Assembly (NCBI GenBank): GCA_965216875.1
Contig: OZ244207.1
Coordinates: 7,456,001 to 7,520,000 of the forward strand
Reading direction: 5' to 3'
Length of the DNA stretch: 64,000 nt
DNA from: Rubripirellula sp.
GTDB lineage: Bacteria > Planctomycetota > Planctomycetia > Pirellulales > Pirellulaceae
The position numbers and the translations under genes were made by a program. Numbering within the stretch: the first letter of the stretch is position 1; every line of letters begins with the position of its first letter. This document shows, in pieces, positions 45,066 to 53,334 of this stretch. The notes beneath the pieces were generated by a model. It worked only from the letters and a program-made list of their open reading frames with translations. It had not been told where the DNA came from and ran no database searches.

Positions 45066-47429
45066 CTACCGAGCAAACCGGGGGTCAACGTGAACCGGCG
45101 GGAACCAATTCTCGTTTCCAGCACTTTGGCCTTTTGAGATGCGGATGGTGGACGCAGCGGAGACCGGTGGCTGAGCGCGTTGCTGCGTCTGAGGCGGAGG
45201 GGGAACCGGCAACGGTTGTGGTGCCGGTACGGCTTGAGGTTGCGGTACGGCTTGAGGTTGCGGTACGGCCTGAGGTTGCGGCGCAAGCGTTGGCTGTGAC
45301 GGAACGTTGTAGGGGGACCGATTCGCGCTACCGCCATAGGGCTGCGGCGTCACCTGTTGGTGGTTGTGGCCGTTTGCGTCCGCGCCCTGGTAGGGATGAT
45401 TGCTGTCGTATTCCATCCCCCATTGGCCCATCATCTCGAGTGCCTCACTTCCGCGGTTCACGCGCGGGCGAGGGTGATGATTCGGGCAGTTCTTGTCGTG
45501 GCAATAGGGCGACTGGGGATAGGTCACCGCGTGCGGGATCTGGTCAAGCTGTTTGTTTGCAGTGCATGCTGCGTAGGCTTCTCGTGGTGTTCCCGCATAG
45601 AAGGGTGTGACCAATTCCGGTTTGAGGAAAACGATCAACTCACTTTCGCGAACTTCGGTGTCATGGCTGCGGAAGAGTTTGCCGACATACTTCCAATCTT
45701 TCAAATAGGGCACTCCTCGAACGGATTCGACGATGCTCTTTTGACGAAGCCCACCCAGGACAAACGTTTGTCCGTTTCCGACGCGAACCGTTGTGTCCGC
45801 TTTGCGGCTGTCGATCACGGGGCCGGTCGAAGTGATTTCTGCGACGACACTGTATTCGGGTTGAACCTGCAACTCGATGGTCCCATCACGACTGATTCGC
45901 GGCGTGACATTGAGAATGATTCCAGCTTCTTCGAATTCAGTCTGTGTGAAGACCGCGTTCGAGTTTTCAACAGGGTTGGCGCCGACGATTGGGATCTTGC
46001 GCACGATGCGAATCGACGCCTGACGACGATCGCCCACGGTAATCGAGGGGTCGGCAAGAAGCTTTGCCTCGCTGCTGTTGTCGAGGGCTTCCAAAAAGAC
46101 GGTGGCTTCCAAACGGTCAGAAACGGTTCGGAAACCGGCGCTCGTTCCGCCGGTTGTCGTGAGGTCCGTTGCGAATGTATAGAACTGGCTCACGGCCGAG
46201 GAGACATCCTCGAGCGCTTCGTTTTGTGCATTGGCCAGAGCACGCAAGTCGCGTGAAAAATTGACGCCGAGTTTTTCGATTTCGCCGAGACCGACATCAT
46301 AGATCATGGCAGTGATGCGGACTTGTTGTCGCGGCTTGTCCAGTTGCATGATCGCTTCTTTGGCAATGCGAAGCTGCTCGGCGCTTCCCTTAACCATGAT
46401 TCGGTTTTCTTCGGGATAGACAGCCACGATGACCGATTCGCCGAGAGCCGATCGAAGCGGCTCGCCCATCTCTTCGGCGTTGGTGTATTGAGGGCTGAAG
46501 TAGGCGATCCCATCGGCAACGATGGCAGTGCTTGGACTGGCGACGACGGCTGAGTTTTGACCCGTTGCTCCACCCGGAATGCTTGCGGCAGCGTTGCCGG
46601 GCGAGATCTCGGCAAACAGTTGTTTGACGCGAGCCACTCGTTCTTGTGAATCGACCACCAAGACCGATCCCGTGCCAACGCGCCGAATCTGACCGCGTTC
46701 GCTGAGCAGCAATTGTGCTGCTTCGAGTGTTGTTTCCGGTTCGGTCAACGTTTGCGGCAACCGAATCATCTCAGAAACGAAGTTCGGGTCGTCTGCGCCT
46801 ACTTCGTCGATTGGCAGGACGATCAGGCTGCTGCCGGTTTGGCGGTAGCTGTAACCGGTCGCGGTCAGCGCAGCGGAAAGCACTTCGCGAAGTGGCGCGT
46901 TGTGAAATGCTCCGCTCACTTCACCGGTCACGTTTTCTCCGGCGACAATATTGATCTGCCAAAGATCGCTGAGCAGGAAGACAACTTCCGAGAGTGGCGT
47001 CTTGCGAAAGGTCACACTTCCGCGACGATCGAGCGCTTCGGCGATCGACTTGGGTCTTGGCAGTTGGGTTGATTCACCGCCGCCGGGTGTTTGATTCACG
47101 CGGCCCGGAGTCGCGTTGGCGTTTGGGTTTTGCGGCAGCACAGCAACCAGAGGTGACCGACTGGCATCGATCAGACGGGCATGTGGACGCACCAGCGTGG
47201 AGTTTGCCAGCGTGGAGTTTATTGGAGCGGGTGTATGCGCGAGAGGCCGCGCCGAAACGTCGATGGCATCCAGACGCGGAGGAGCCGCTTGGATAGAAAG
47301 GGGTTCAAAGATCTGGGCGCAAACCACGAAAACCGCAAGCGATCCGGCAAACAGCCGAGCCCCAAGTCGATGCGGTTGTTGATAACGTGGTTTAGCTTGG
47401 ATGCCTTCCATGGCAATCTCGCTGAACAA
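45066..47429 (-). CDS. Secretin (GspD/PilQ family) with STN-like N-domain and Pro/Gln-rich tail
   Basis: SVTFRKTPLSEV, LDKPRQQVRITA, AKLLADPSI, GIILNVTPRI, GVPYLKD...VGKLFRS, ELIVFLKP. Confidence 0.92.
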   Translation of the reverse strand: MFSEIAMEGIQAKPRYQQPHRLGARLFAGSLAVFVVCAQIFEPLSIQAAPPRLDAIDVSARPLAHTPAPINSTLANSTLVRPHARLIDASRSPLVAVLPQNPNANATPGRVNQTPGGGESTQLPRPKSIAEALDRRGSVTFRKTPLSEVVFLLSDLWQINIVAGENVTGEVSGAFHNAPLREVLSAALTATGYSYRQTGSSLIVLPIDEVGADDPNFVSEMIRLPQTLTEPETTLEAAQLLLSERGQIRRVGTGSVLVVDSQERVARVKQLFAEISPGNAAASIPGGATGQNSAVVASPSTAIVADGIAYFSPQYTNAEEMGEPLRSALGESVIVAVYPEENRIMVKGSAEQLRIAKEAIMQLDKPRQQVRITAMIYDVGLGEIEKLGVNFSRDLRALANAQNEALEDVSSAVSQFYTFATDLTTTGGTSAGFRTVSDRLEATVFLEALDNSSEAKLLADPSITVGDRRQASIRIVRKIPIVGANPVENSNAVFTQTEFEEAGIILNVTPRISRDGTIELQVQPEYSVVAEITSTGPVIDSRKADTTVRVGNGQTFVLGGLRQKSIVESVRGVPYLKDWKYVGKLFRSHDTEVRESELIVFLKPELVTPFYAGTPREAYAACTANKQLDQIPHAVTYPQSPYCHDKNCPNHHPRPRVNRGSEALEMMGQWGMEYDSNHPYQGADANGHNHQQVTPQPYGGSANRSPYNVPSQPTLAPQPQAVPQPQAVPQPQAVPAPQPLPVPPPPQTQQRAQPPVSAASTIRISKGQSAGNENWFPPVHVDPRFAR
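45225..45281. repeat. Three 18-bp tandem repeats encoding PQPQAV in the secretin tail
   Basis: cggtacggcttgaggttg twice, then cggtacggcctgaggttg. Confidence 0.9.
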
Positions 47430-47446
47430 TATGCTGCAGGATTTCG

Positions 47447-48109
47447 CTAACGCAAAGTTTGCGTGCCTACCCGTGCGAAATCTTCTTCAAACTCTTCGTC
47501 CTCGGGACGAGCTTCGCGCTCGCCTAGCCCATACAACACCAACTGGATTTCGAGAGTCACGGGTGACTCAACCACTCCGGTCGGACTTGCCGTCAAGCCG
47601 CTGAGCGTCATCAGCCATCCTTGGCCTTCGATTTCAGCGATTACCTGACGCACGGTTTCGAGCGAGCCATCGGCTTGCATTTCCACCGTGTGGGTATGGA
47701 GAACGAAGTTCGACTCCTCTCCATAAAAAGGCATCGTGTCGTGTCGCGGGTCATCCCCCTCGATCGCCCACGGTCGGGTCTCTACGTCGCCAATTTCCAG
47801 ACGTCGCAGTCGCCCCCCGGCATCGCGAACGATTCGAACCAGCCGTTCACGGATGTCGTTCTTTTCCGTGGGGTTGGTCGAACGGTGCGAGAGTGATTCC
47901 AGCTCTGAGCCAAGCTTTGAATCGATCCGAGTCAGTTGTAAGTCACGTGTTTGGTTTGCGACCAATCGTGCTTCCAGTTCGACAAACTCGTTCGCTTCGC
48001 GGCGAAGCCTGAGATACTCATCGACCCACGGGATTCCTATCAAGATGATCGCAAGCAAACTTCCGCTGGCTACGATTGCTCGGGTCGCCCGATTGTTACG
48101 GTTATTCAT
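47447..48109 (-). CDS. PilO/GspM-like bitopic membrane protein
   Basis: N-terminal TM, coiled coil, ferredoxin-like C-terminal pattern (VEMQADGS...LTAS...LEIQL); sits between the PilM/N-like gene and the secretin. Confidence 0.65.
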   Translation of the reverse strand: MNNRNNRATRAIVASGSLLAIILIGIPWVDEYLRLRREANEFVELEARLVANQTRDLQLTRIDSKLGSELESLSHRSTNPTEKNDIRERLVRIVRDAGGRLRRLEIGDVETRPWAIEGDDPRHDTMPFYGEESNFVLHTHTVEMQADGSLETVRQVIAEIEGQGWLMTLSGLTASPTGVVESPVTLEIQLVLYGLGEREARPEDEEFEEDFARVGTQTLR

Positions 48110-49613
48110 ATTGTGTTCTCAATTCCGCCCGCTCTGGCGACAACGTGGTCAACCGGATCACAAACCGCGTCCCGCCCGTTTCTCCATCGGGGCTGGTTCC
48201 CTTGAGAGCGACCTGTGTGATTCCTGGCATGAATCGAAGCGATTCGACCAGCTCGTAGACGGCCGCCTCGTCAATCACGGTGCCATCGAGGCGGATCACC
48301 CCTTCGGCTTCCACACGGAATTCGTTCAGCTTGCCCGTATCCGGCAAACTTTGCGTGATCCAACCGAGCAGACGATTGAAGTCTTCCTGAACTTGCTTTT
48401 CGTCGATCTCGCGCAGATAACCGACCAAGCGACGTTTGCCGCTCAAGTCGTTAAACCTTATCTGTGTTGCCTCAAAGGCCGTTTCCATTTTGATTCGCTG
48501 ATCGGCAACCTGAGCCGCTCGGGAACGTTCGCCCGAAACGAGTCCAAACGAAATGCACAGCACGAGCGCCGCTGCAATGGCAGGCCACCCTGCACTGAGC
48601 AACCGGATGTGCCAGGGAAGTTCGGGTGCACGTCGTACCTCCGAAAGCATGTCAGGCACTTCGTCTTCGTCGACTTCAACCAACAGCGGCAGGACACTTG
48701 CCACGGCGGGGACATAACTGGAGTCCTCTTGCCCCGATTGAAGCACATAGACTTCGGGCATTTCGGGGACGTTGAGGATTTCGGGTTCAATGCCAGCTTC
48801 ACCGAAGGCTTCGGCGGCACGCTGTAGTTTTTCGCCAGAGCCGCACATCAACAGCCGTTCGAGTTCGCCTGAGGTGATGCGGCGATGGCGATGGCAGAAT
48901 CGTTTCAGCCGCGCAAGGTGCCCTTCGAGTGCATCGCGAAAGCCTTGTTCGGTCGTTGCGGCAGCCGGGCGGTAATCAAGCAACATCCGCCCGTTGTGAG
49001 TGATCCCAACGTCCCATTGCTGGCCCGTTCCATCGGCAATCATGATGGGCTTGCCCTGGCCGATGTTGGCCAAGCCGACCATCCGAGCGACGCCAACCAA
49101 CGAGGGTTCGACCCACGCGATTTCGACGTCGACTGTTCGCAGCGAGTCATAAATCAGCTGGATCAAATTGCGATTGACCACGCCAGTGACGGCATAGTCG
49201 ACGCTGGCTTCAACGCGCGTTCGAGCCACGCCGGTGACTTTTTCGCCAGGACCGAGCTGCAAATAGCGTGGAATGCGATCGGCCAACGTTGCAAGTTCGT
49301 GATCGACTTCGTCAATCGAACCCATCGCTGCGCGAATGACGCAGAAATCGCCGTCGAGTGAAACGGCCACTCGTCCCCGCCTCATATCGTGCCGTTCGGC
49401 GAGCGTGGCCAAGGCTTCGGCGAGGAGGTGATTGCCGGTAGGGGAAAGCCATCCTGATTCACTGCTGCAGCGAATGTCGTCGATTTCGAGCCGATATCGG
49501 CCGCCCTTGGTGGGCGTTGCAACGGCAACCTGCAGCAAATGACTTTCGATTCGCAGGCCAAACAGCCTCGAATTCCCGTCGTTTGAAGCGTTGCGAAACG
49601 GCAGCTGGCGCAT
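48102..49613 (-). CDS. PilM-PilN fusion (GspL-like) protein
   Basis: Actin-like N-terminal part (FGLRIE, VAVSL, LLMCGSG), then TM, coiled coil and PilN-like ITQSLPD...IRLDG...LVESL. Confidence 0.7.
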   Translation of the reverse strand: MRQLPFRNASNDGNSRLFGLRIESHLLQVAVATPTKGGRYRLEIDDIRCSSESGWLSPTGNHLLAEALATLAERHDMRRGRVAVSLDGDFCVIRAAMGSIDEVDHELATLADRIPRYLQLGPGEKVTGVARTRVEASVDYAVTGVVNRNLIQLIYDSLRTVDVEIAWVEPSLVGVARMVGLANIGQGKPIMIADGTGQQWDVGITHNGRMLLDYRPAAATTEQGFRDALEGHLARLKRFCHRHRRITSGELERLLMCGSGEKLQRAAEAFGEAGIEPEILNVPEMPEVYVLQSGQEDSSYVPAVASVLPLLVEVDEDEVPDMLSEVRRAPELPWHIRLLSAGWPAIAAALVLCISFGLVSGERSRAAQVADQRIKMETAFEATQIRFNDLSGKRRLVGYLREIDEKQVQEDFNRLLGWITQSLPDTGKLNEFRVEAEGVIRLDGTVIDEAAVYELVESLRFMPGITQVALKGTSPDGETGGTRFVIRLTTLSPERAELRTQYE

Positions 49614-49849
49614 CGAATTTCCCCTGAATTCAAACTTAGGTCACGATCCTTGTTGCGGGAATCCGAACGGCTGGTTTGCCGCTTCCCGCAATCCAGTCGC
49701 TTCGGCTGTAGTGCTGGTTCCGGTTGCGCCGAATACTCCACCTGTGCGTCGTCCAGGGGAAATGATGCAAACCGCACGAAGATTTCGTCGATTCCTCACA
49801 GCAGTCAAACCCGGAATACACGTTACTGCTTTCAATCGGCCGGTTCTTA

Positions 49850-50767
49850 ATGTTTGATGCCCCTATCGCATTGATCATCTTCAATCGCCCTGATTCGGTA
49901 CGCCGTAGTTTTGCGCGGATCCGGCAAGCTCGTCCGAGCAAGCTCTTCATCATTAGTGATGCACCGCGCGAGCAACGCGAGGGTGAAGCCGCACTCGTCC
50001 AGCAGTCGCGCGAGATCGCAGAGCAGGTCGATTGGCAATGTGACGTTCGCAAGATTTATGCGAGCACCAACCTTGGGTGCAAAAGGCGAATTAGCAGTGG
50101 GATTAGCGAGGCGCTCGATGAGGTCGACCGGCTGATCATCATTGAAGATGATTGTGTCGCCGATCCATCATTCTTTACGTATGCAAGCACCTTGCTCGAT
50201 CGCTACGCAGACGACCATCGTGTGATGTCGGTGGGCGGGAACAATTTTCAACAAGGCATCAATCGCACCCGCCACAGCTACTACTTCTCGAAGTACTCGC
50301 ATTGTTGGGGTTGGGCGACTTGGCGTCGTGCGTGGCAAACCTTCGATTTGAAGATGTCCGCCTGGCCTCAGTTTCGTGATGCGGGGCATTTGGCTTCCTA
50401 CTGTCGCAACCAACGCGAGTCCGATTATTGGTCTGCGATCTTTGACCGTTGCTACGCTGGAGAAATCGACAGTTGGGCATACCCCTGGCTGTTAACCTGC
50501 TGGATGCATCACGGCCTCGCGACCATTCCGCGTGAGAACTTGGTTCGCAATATCGGCTTTGGTGCCGACGCAACGCATACGAAAGACCTCGAGAGCCAAT
50601 ACGCACAACTCGCCGAAGGTTCCCTTGGCGAGTTGACGCATCCGGCCTCCATTTACCGTCACGCGGTTGCCGACGCCTTTACCGACGACACACTCTTTAG
50701 TCGTCAAAGACGCAGCCGAATCAAACGCCTCGTCAGCGTTTTGCCACGGCTCTCACGCGCTGCTTAG
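49850..50767 (+). CDS. GT-A fold glycosyltransferase (nucleotide-diphospho-sugar transferase)
   Basis: PIALIIFNRPD, NLGC, IIIEDDC, WGWATWRRAW, NLVRNIGFG. Confidence 0.88.
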   Translation: MFDAPIALIIFNRPDSVRRSFARIRQARPSKLFIISDAPREQREGEAALVQQSREIAEQVDWQCDVRKIYASTNLGCKRRISSGISEALDEVDRLIIIEDDCVADPSFFTYASTLLDRYADDHRVMSVGGNNFQQGINRTRHSYYFSKYSHCWGWATWRRAWQTFDLKMSAWPQFRDAGHLASYCRNQRESDYWSAIFDRCYAGEIDSWAYPWLLTCWMHHGLATIPRENLVRNIGFGADATHTKDLESQYAQLAEGSLGELTHPASIYRHAVADAFTDDTLFSRQRRSRIKRLVSVLPRLSRAA

Positions 50768-50848
50768 TCAAGCGACCTGCGGATGTATCCGCGGTACAAT
50801 TGGGACCGGCTTGCGTTTCCCGTTCCAAAACTCGTGCGGCGACAATCG

Positions 50849-52066
50849 ATGAGTGCGACGATTCAATGTTCGCAATGTGGCCAATTGCTGGCTCTGCCCC
50901 CAAATTTTCAGGGTGGCAGCGTCGCATGTCCAAAGTGCAATTCGGTCATCCCAGTACAAGTGCAACCAACTGCTGCACCTGTTCAGGCACCGCTCGCAAC
51001 GCCGCCCGTACCCCGGCCACAACCAACCTACCGGTCTCAACCAGCACCTCGACCTCAGCAGCGATCGGCGGGCGGTAAGAAGAGTGGCGTCCCCAAGGTC
51101 GTTTGGATTTTGGGTGGCGTGTTCGGAGGCTTTCTGCTGATCGGACTGATTTGTGTTGGTGCCATCGCCATGCTGATTCATCAGGCAACGCGAGTCGATC
51201 CACAGTACGCCGGCAAAAGCCTCATCGAGGGACGCGGAACTTTTAAGACCAGCTTGATCCGTCGCGACCGCGATCGCACGCCACCCGAGACACCACCGGA
51301 GAATCTCTTTCGGCTCGTCCGTTATCCGGCTGAGCATGGGCCGACACCCGCCTATCTCGGCGTGGATGCAGCGGGCACTCAGAAACGCCCAGCGATGATT
51401 TGGTTGTTTGGTGGATTCAGCAACGGGATCGGTTCCACCGCATGGGATCCTGCCACTCCCGACAACGATCAATCGGCCTCCGCCTTTCGAAACGCTGGAT
51501 TGATCATGATGTATCCAGCACTTCGCGGCGGAAGTGGTGCACCTGGGAACATGGAAGGCATGTATGGCGAGGTGGACGACGTCTTGCGGGCCGCCGAATA
51601 CCTTGCCAACCAGCCCGGAGTCGATCCGCAGCGCATCTATCTAGGCGGTCACAGCACGGGCGGCTCGTTGGCAATGTTATGCGCCGCTGCATCGCCCGAA
51701 ACCTTCCGAGCCGTTTTTGCCTTTGGTCCCGTTGATCGGCTTTCGGGATACGGGCAAGAGTCGTTGCCCTACAGCATTCGCAACGACAAAGAATGTGAAC
51801 TACGCGATCCCATCAAATGGTTGCACGCGATGCACACGCCGACGTTTGTCATCGAAGGGACGCAGGGCAACATTAGCTGTATCCACAGCATGCGAATGGC
51901 ATCCAAGACCGATCAGGTTCGGTTGCTCGATGTTCGTGGCGCCGACCACTTCAACATTCTTGGGCCGATTACAAAAGTGGTCGCCGGAAAGGTGGCTGCC
52001 GATACCGGTCCAACGTGCAACATTGAAATCAGCACCGACGAGCTGAACCGAGCCTTTCGTAGGTAG
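50849..52066 (+). CDS. Membrane-anchored alpha/beta hydrolase (S9-like) with N-terminal zinc ribbon
   Basis: CSQC...CPKC, Pro-rich linker, one TM, GHSTGG nucleophile elbow, GADHF; start moved to ATG 50849. Confidence 0.85.
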   Translation: MSATIQCSQCGQLLALPPNFQGGSVACPKCNSVIPVQVQPTAAPVQAPLATPPVPRPQPTYRSQPAPRPQQRSAGGKKSGVPKVVWILGGVFGGFLLIGLICVGAIAMLIHQATRVDPQYAGKSLIEGRGTFKTSLIRRDRDRTPPETPPENLFRLVRYPAEHGPTPAYLGVDAAGTQKRPAMIWLFGGFSNGIGSTAWDPATPDNDQSASAFRNAGLIMMYPALRGGSGAPGNMEGMYGEVDDVLRAAEYLANQPGVDPQRIYLGGHSTGGSLAMLCAAASPETFRAVFAFGPVDRLSGYGQESLPYSIRNDKECELRDPIKWLHAMHTPTFVIEGTQGNISCIHSMRMASKTDQVRLLDVRGADHFNILGPITKVVAGKVAADTGPTCNIEISTDELNRAFRR

Positions 52067-52125
52067 GCCCTGTTCTCGCGGAGGCAGAGGGGGACGCTCC
52101 TGCGGAGCTGCGTCCTCTCCACAGA

Positions 52126-52204
52126 CCGTAGCTACCTTCGCCAGAAGGTGGTTTGCATCGGTGACTGCTTTCCACTAACACAACGCTCTGGCGAGCGTAG
52201 CTAC
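52126..52204. repeat. GTAG-type REP doublet (REPIN-like), copy 2
   Basis: Left arm 23/24 identical and right arm 24/24 identical to 29919-29996; 29-bp diverged spacer. Confidence 0.85.
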
Positions 52205-52207
52205 ACC

Positions 52208-52280
52208 GTTTGTAGTTCAGCCTTTGGACGCCTTTACGCGGTTTGCGAGAAGATTCCGGCTAAAGCTCGGTACTACGAAC
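52208..52280. repeat. Second-family GTAG REP doublet
   Basis: gtttGTAGttcagcctttgg ... ccggctaaagctcggtaCTACgaac, an imperfect inverted pair. Confidence 0.6.
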
Positions 52281-52291
52281 TCCCGATTTCG

Positions 52292-53089
52292 CTACGCAGC
52301 TAATCGCTTACGAACGTGCCTTTCACGGCGTGCCGGTCCGCCGATCGGAGTCTTGTCGACAATGCGTTGAACCTTACCTTGCCAACGCTTGAGACCGCGC
52401 GGTTTGTCTTTCCAGCGGTACTCCATTTCCAAATCGATCGTCGCATAAACGTAATCGTTGGTGCGCCAAACTGACTCGTAGTGCAGATGGCTGAGTTGAC
52501 CGCCGAGGTCGGCAGCGAGCTGCAGGAATTCTTGCGGACCAATGGTCTCATCAACAATCTGCAATCCTTGCGGTTCGTTGTCGTGCAGGTATTGCTGGTG
52601 CAGGTAGCTGGGGCAAGTCACGATCAAACGTGCCGAGTCCGACATCGACTGACGCAGGTTCGCGTGGAATTCCGGACGCGATTTCGCTGGGATGTGTTCA
52701 TAAACATCCAACAACGTGACGACATCGAAGGGGCCACCTTGCACCGGTTGTGTGAGGTCGCTTACTGCGAATTGGGCCTCAATGGCTGGCCCGAACAATT
52801 GGGACGCCATCGCGATGTTCTGTGGACTGATGTCGACACCGACTGCTTTGAGGTCGGGACGATGGTGGCAAAGTCGATTTGTGGTTTCGCCAACACCGCA
52901 ACCAACTTCGAGCAGCGATGACGCATGTTCAGGCAATTTGCTGGCTGCGAACGCCAGTGCATGTTCAATTCTGGGATTTCCAGAAACGTAGCCACTGACG
53001 AGCTTCTTGCTGAACTCATCATAGAAACCTGCGATCTGAGTCGTTGTGACGTCAGATGATTCCGATTGTTGCGGTTTTGACGGCGACAT
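52292..53089 (-). CDS. Class I SAM-dependent methyltransferase
   Basis: LLEVGCGVG motif I, GVDIS, FDVVTLLDVYEHI. Confidence 0.9.
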   Translation of the reverse strand: MSPSKPQQSESSDVTTTQIAGFYDEFSKKLVSGYVSGNPRIEHALAFAASKLPEHASSLLEVGCGVGETTNRLCHHRPDLKAVGVDISPQNIAMASQLFGPAIEAQFAVSDLTQPVQGGPFDVVTLLDVYEHIPAKSRPEFHANLRQSMSDSARLIVTCPSYLHQQYLHDNEPQGLQIVDETIGPQEFLQLAADLGGQLSHLHYESVWRTNDYVYATIDLEMEYRWKDKPRGLKRWQGKVQRIVDKTPIGGPARRERHVRKRLAA

Positions 53090-53334
53090 GGGGTCCTTCC
53101 CGTGTGTGGATTGCTTCCAGATTGGTCGTATAGGTCAACGGCCCCATTGCTCGCAAGGTCGTTTTCATCGACCACGATCCAAAAGGGCATCGACGCGTCG
53201 AAAGACCACGTCGCACAAGATTGCGGTGCAGCAAATTGCAACTACGATCGAGGGCATCCGGGCAGGCTATTTCGGGGACGCCCGTTCGTGCAATTCATCT
53301 GACGCGTGCACCTTCTTTTACTCGGCAAAACGCC

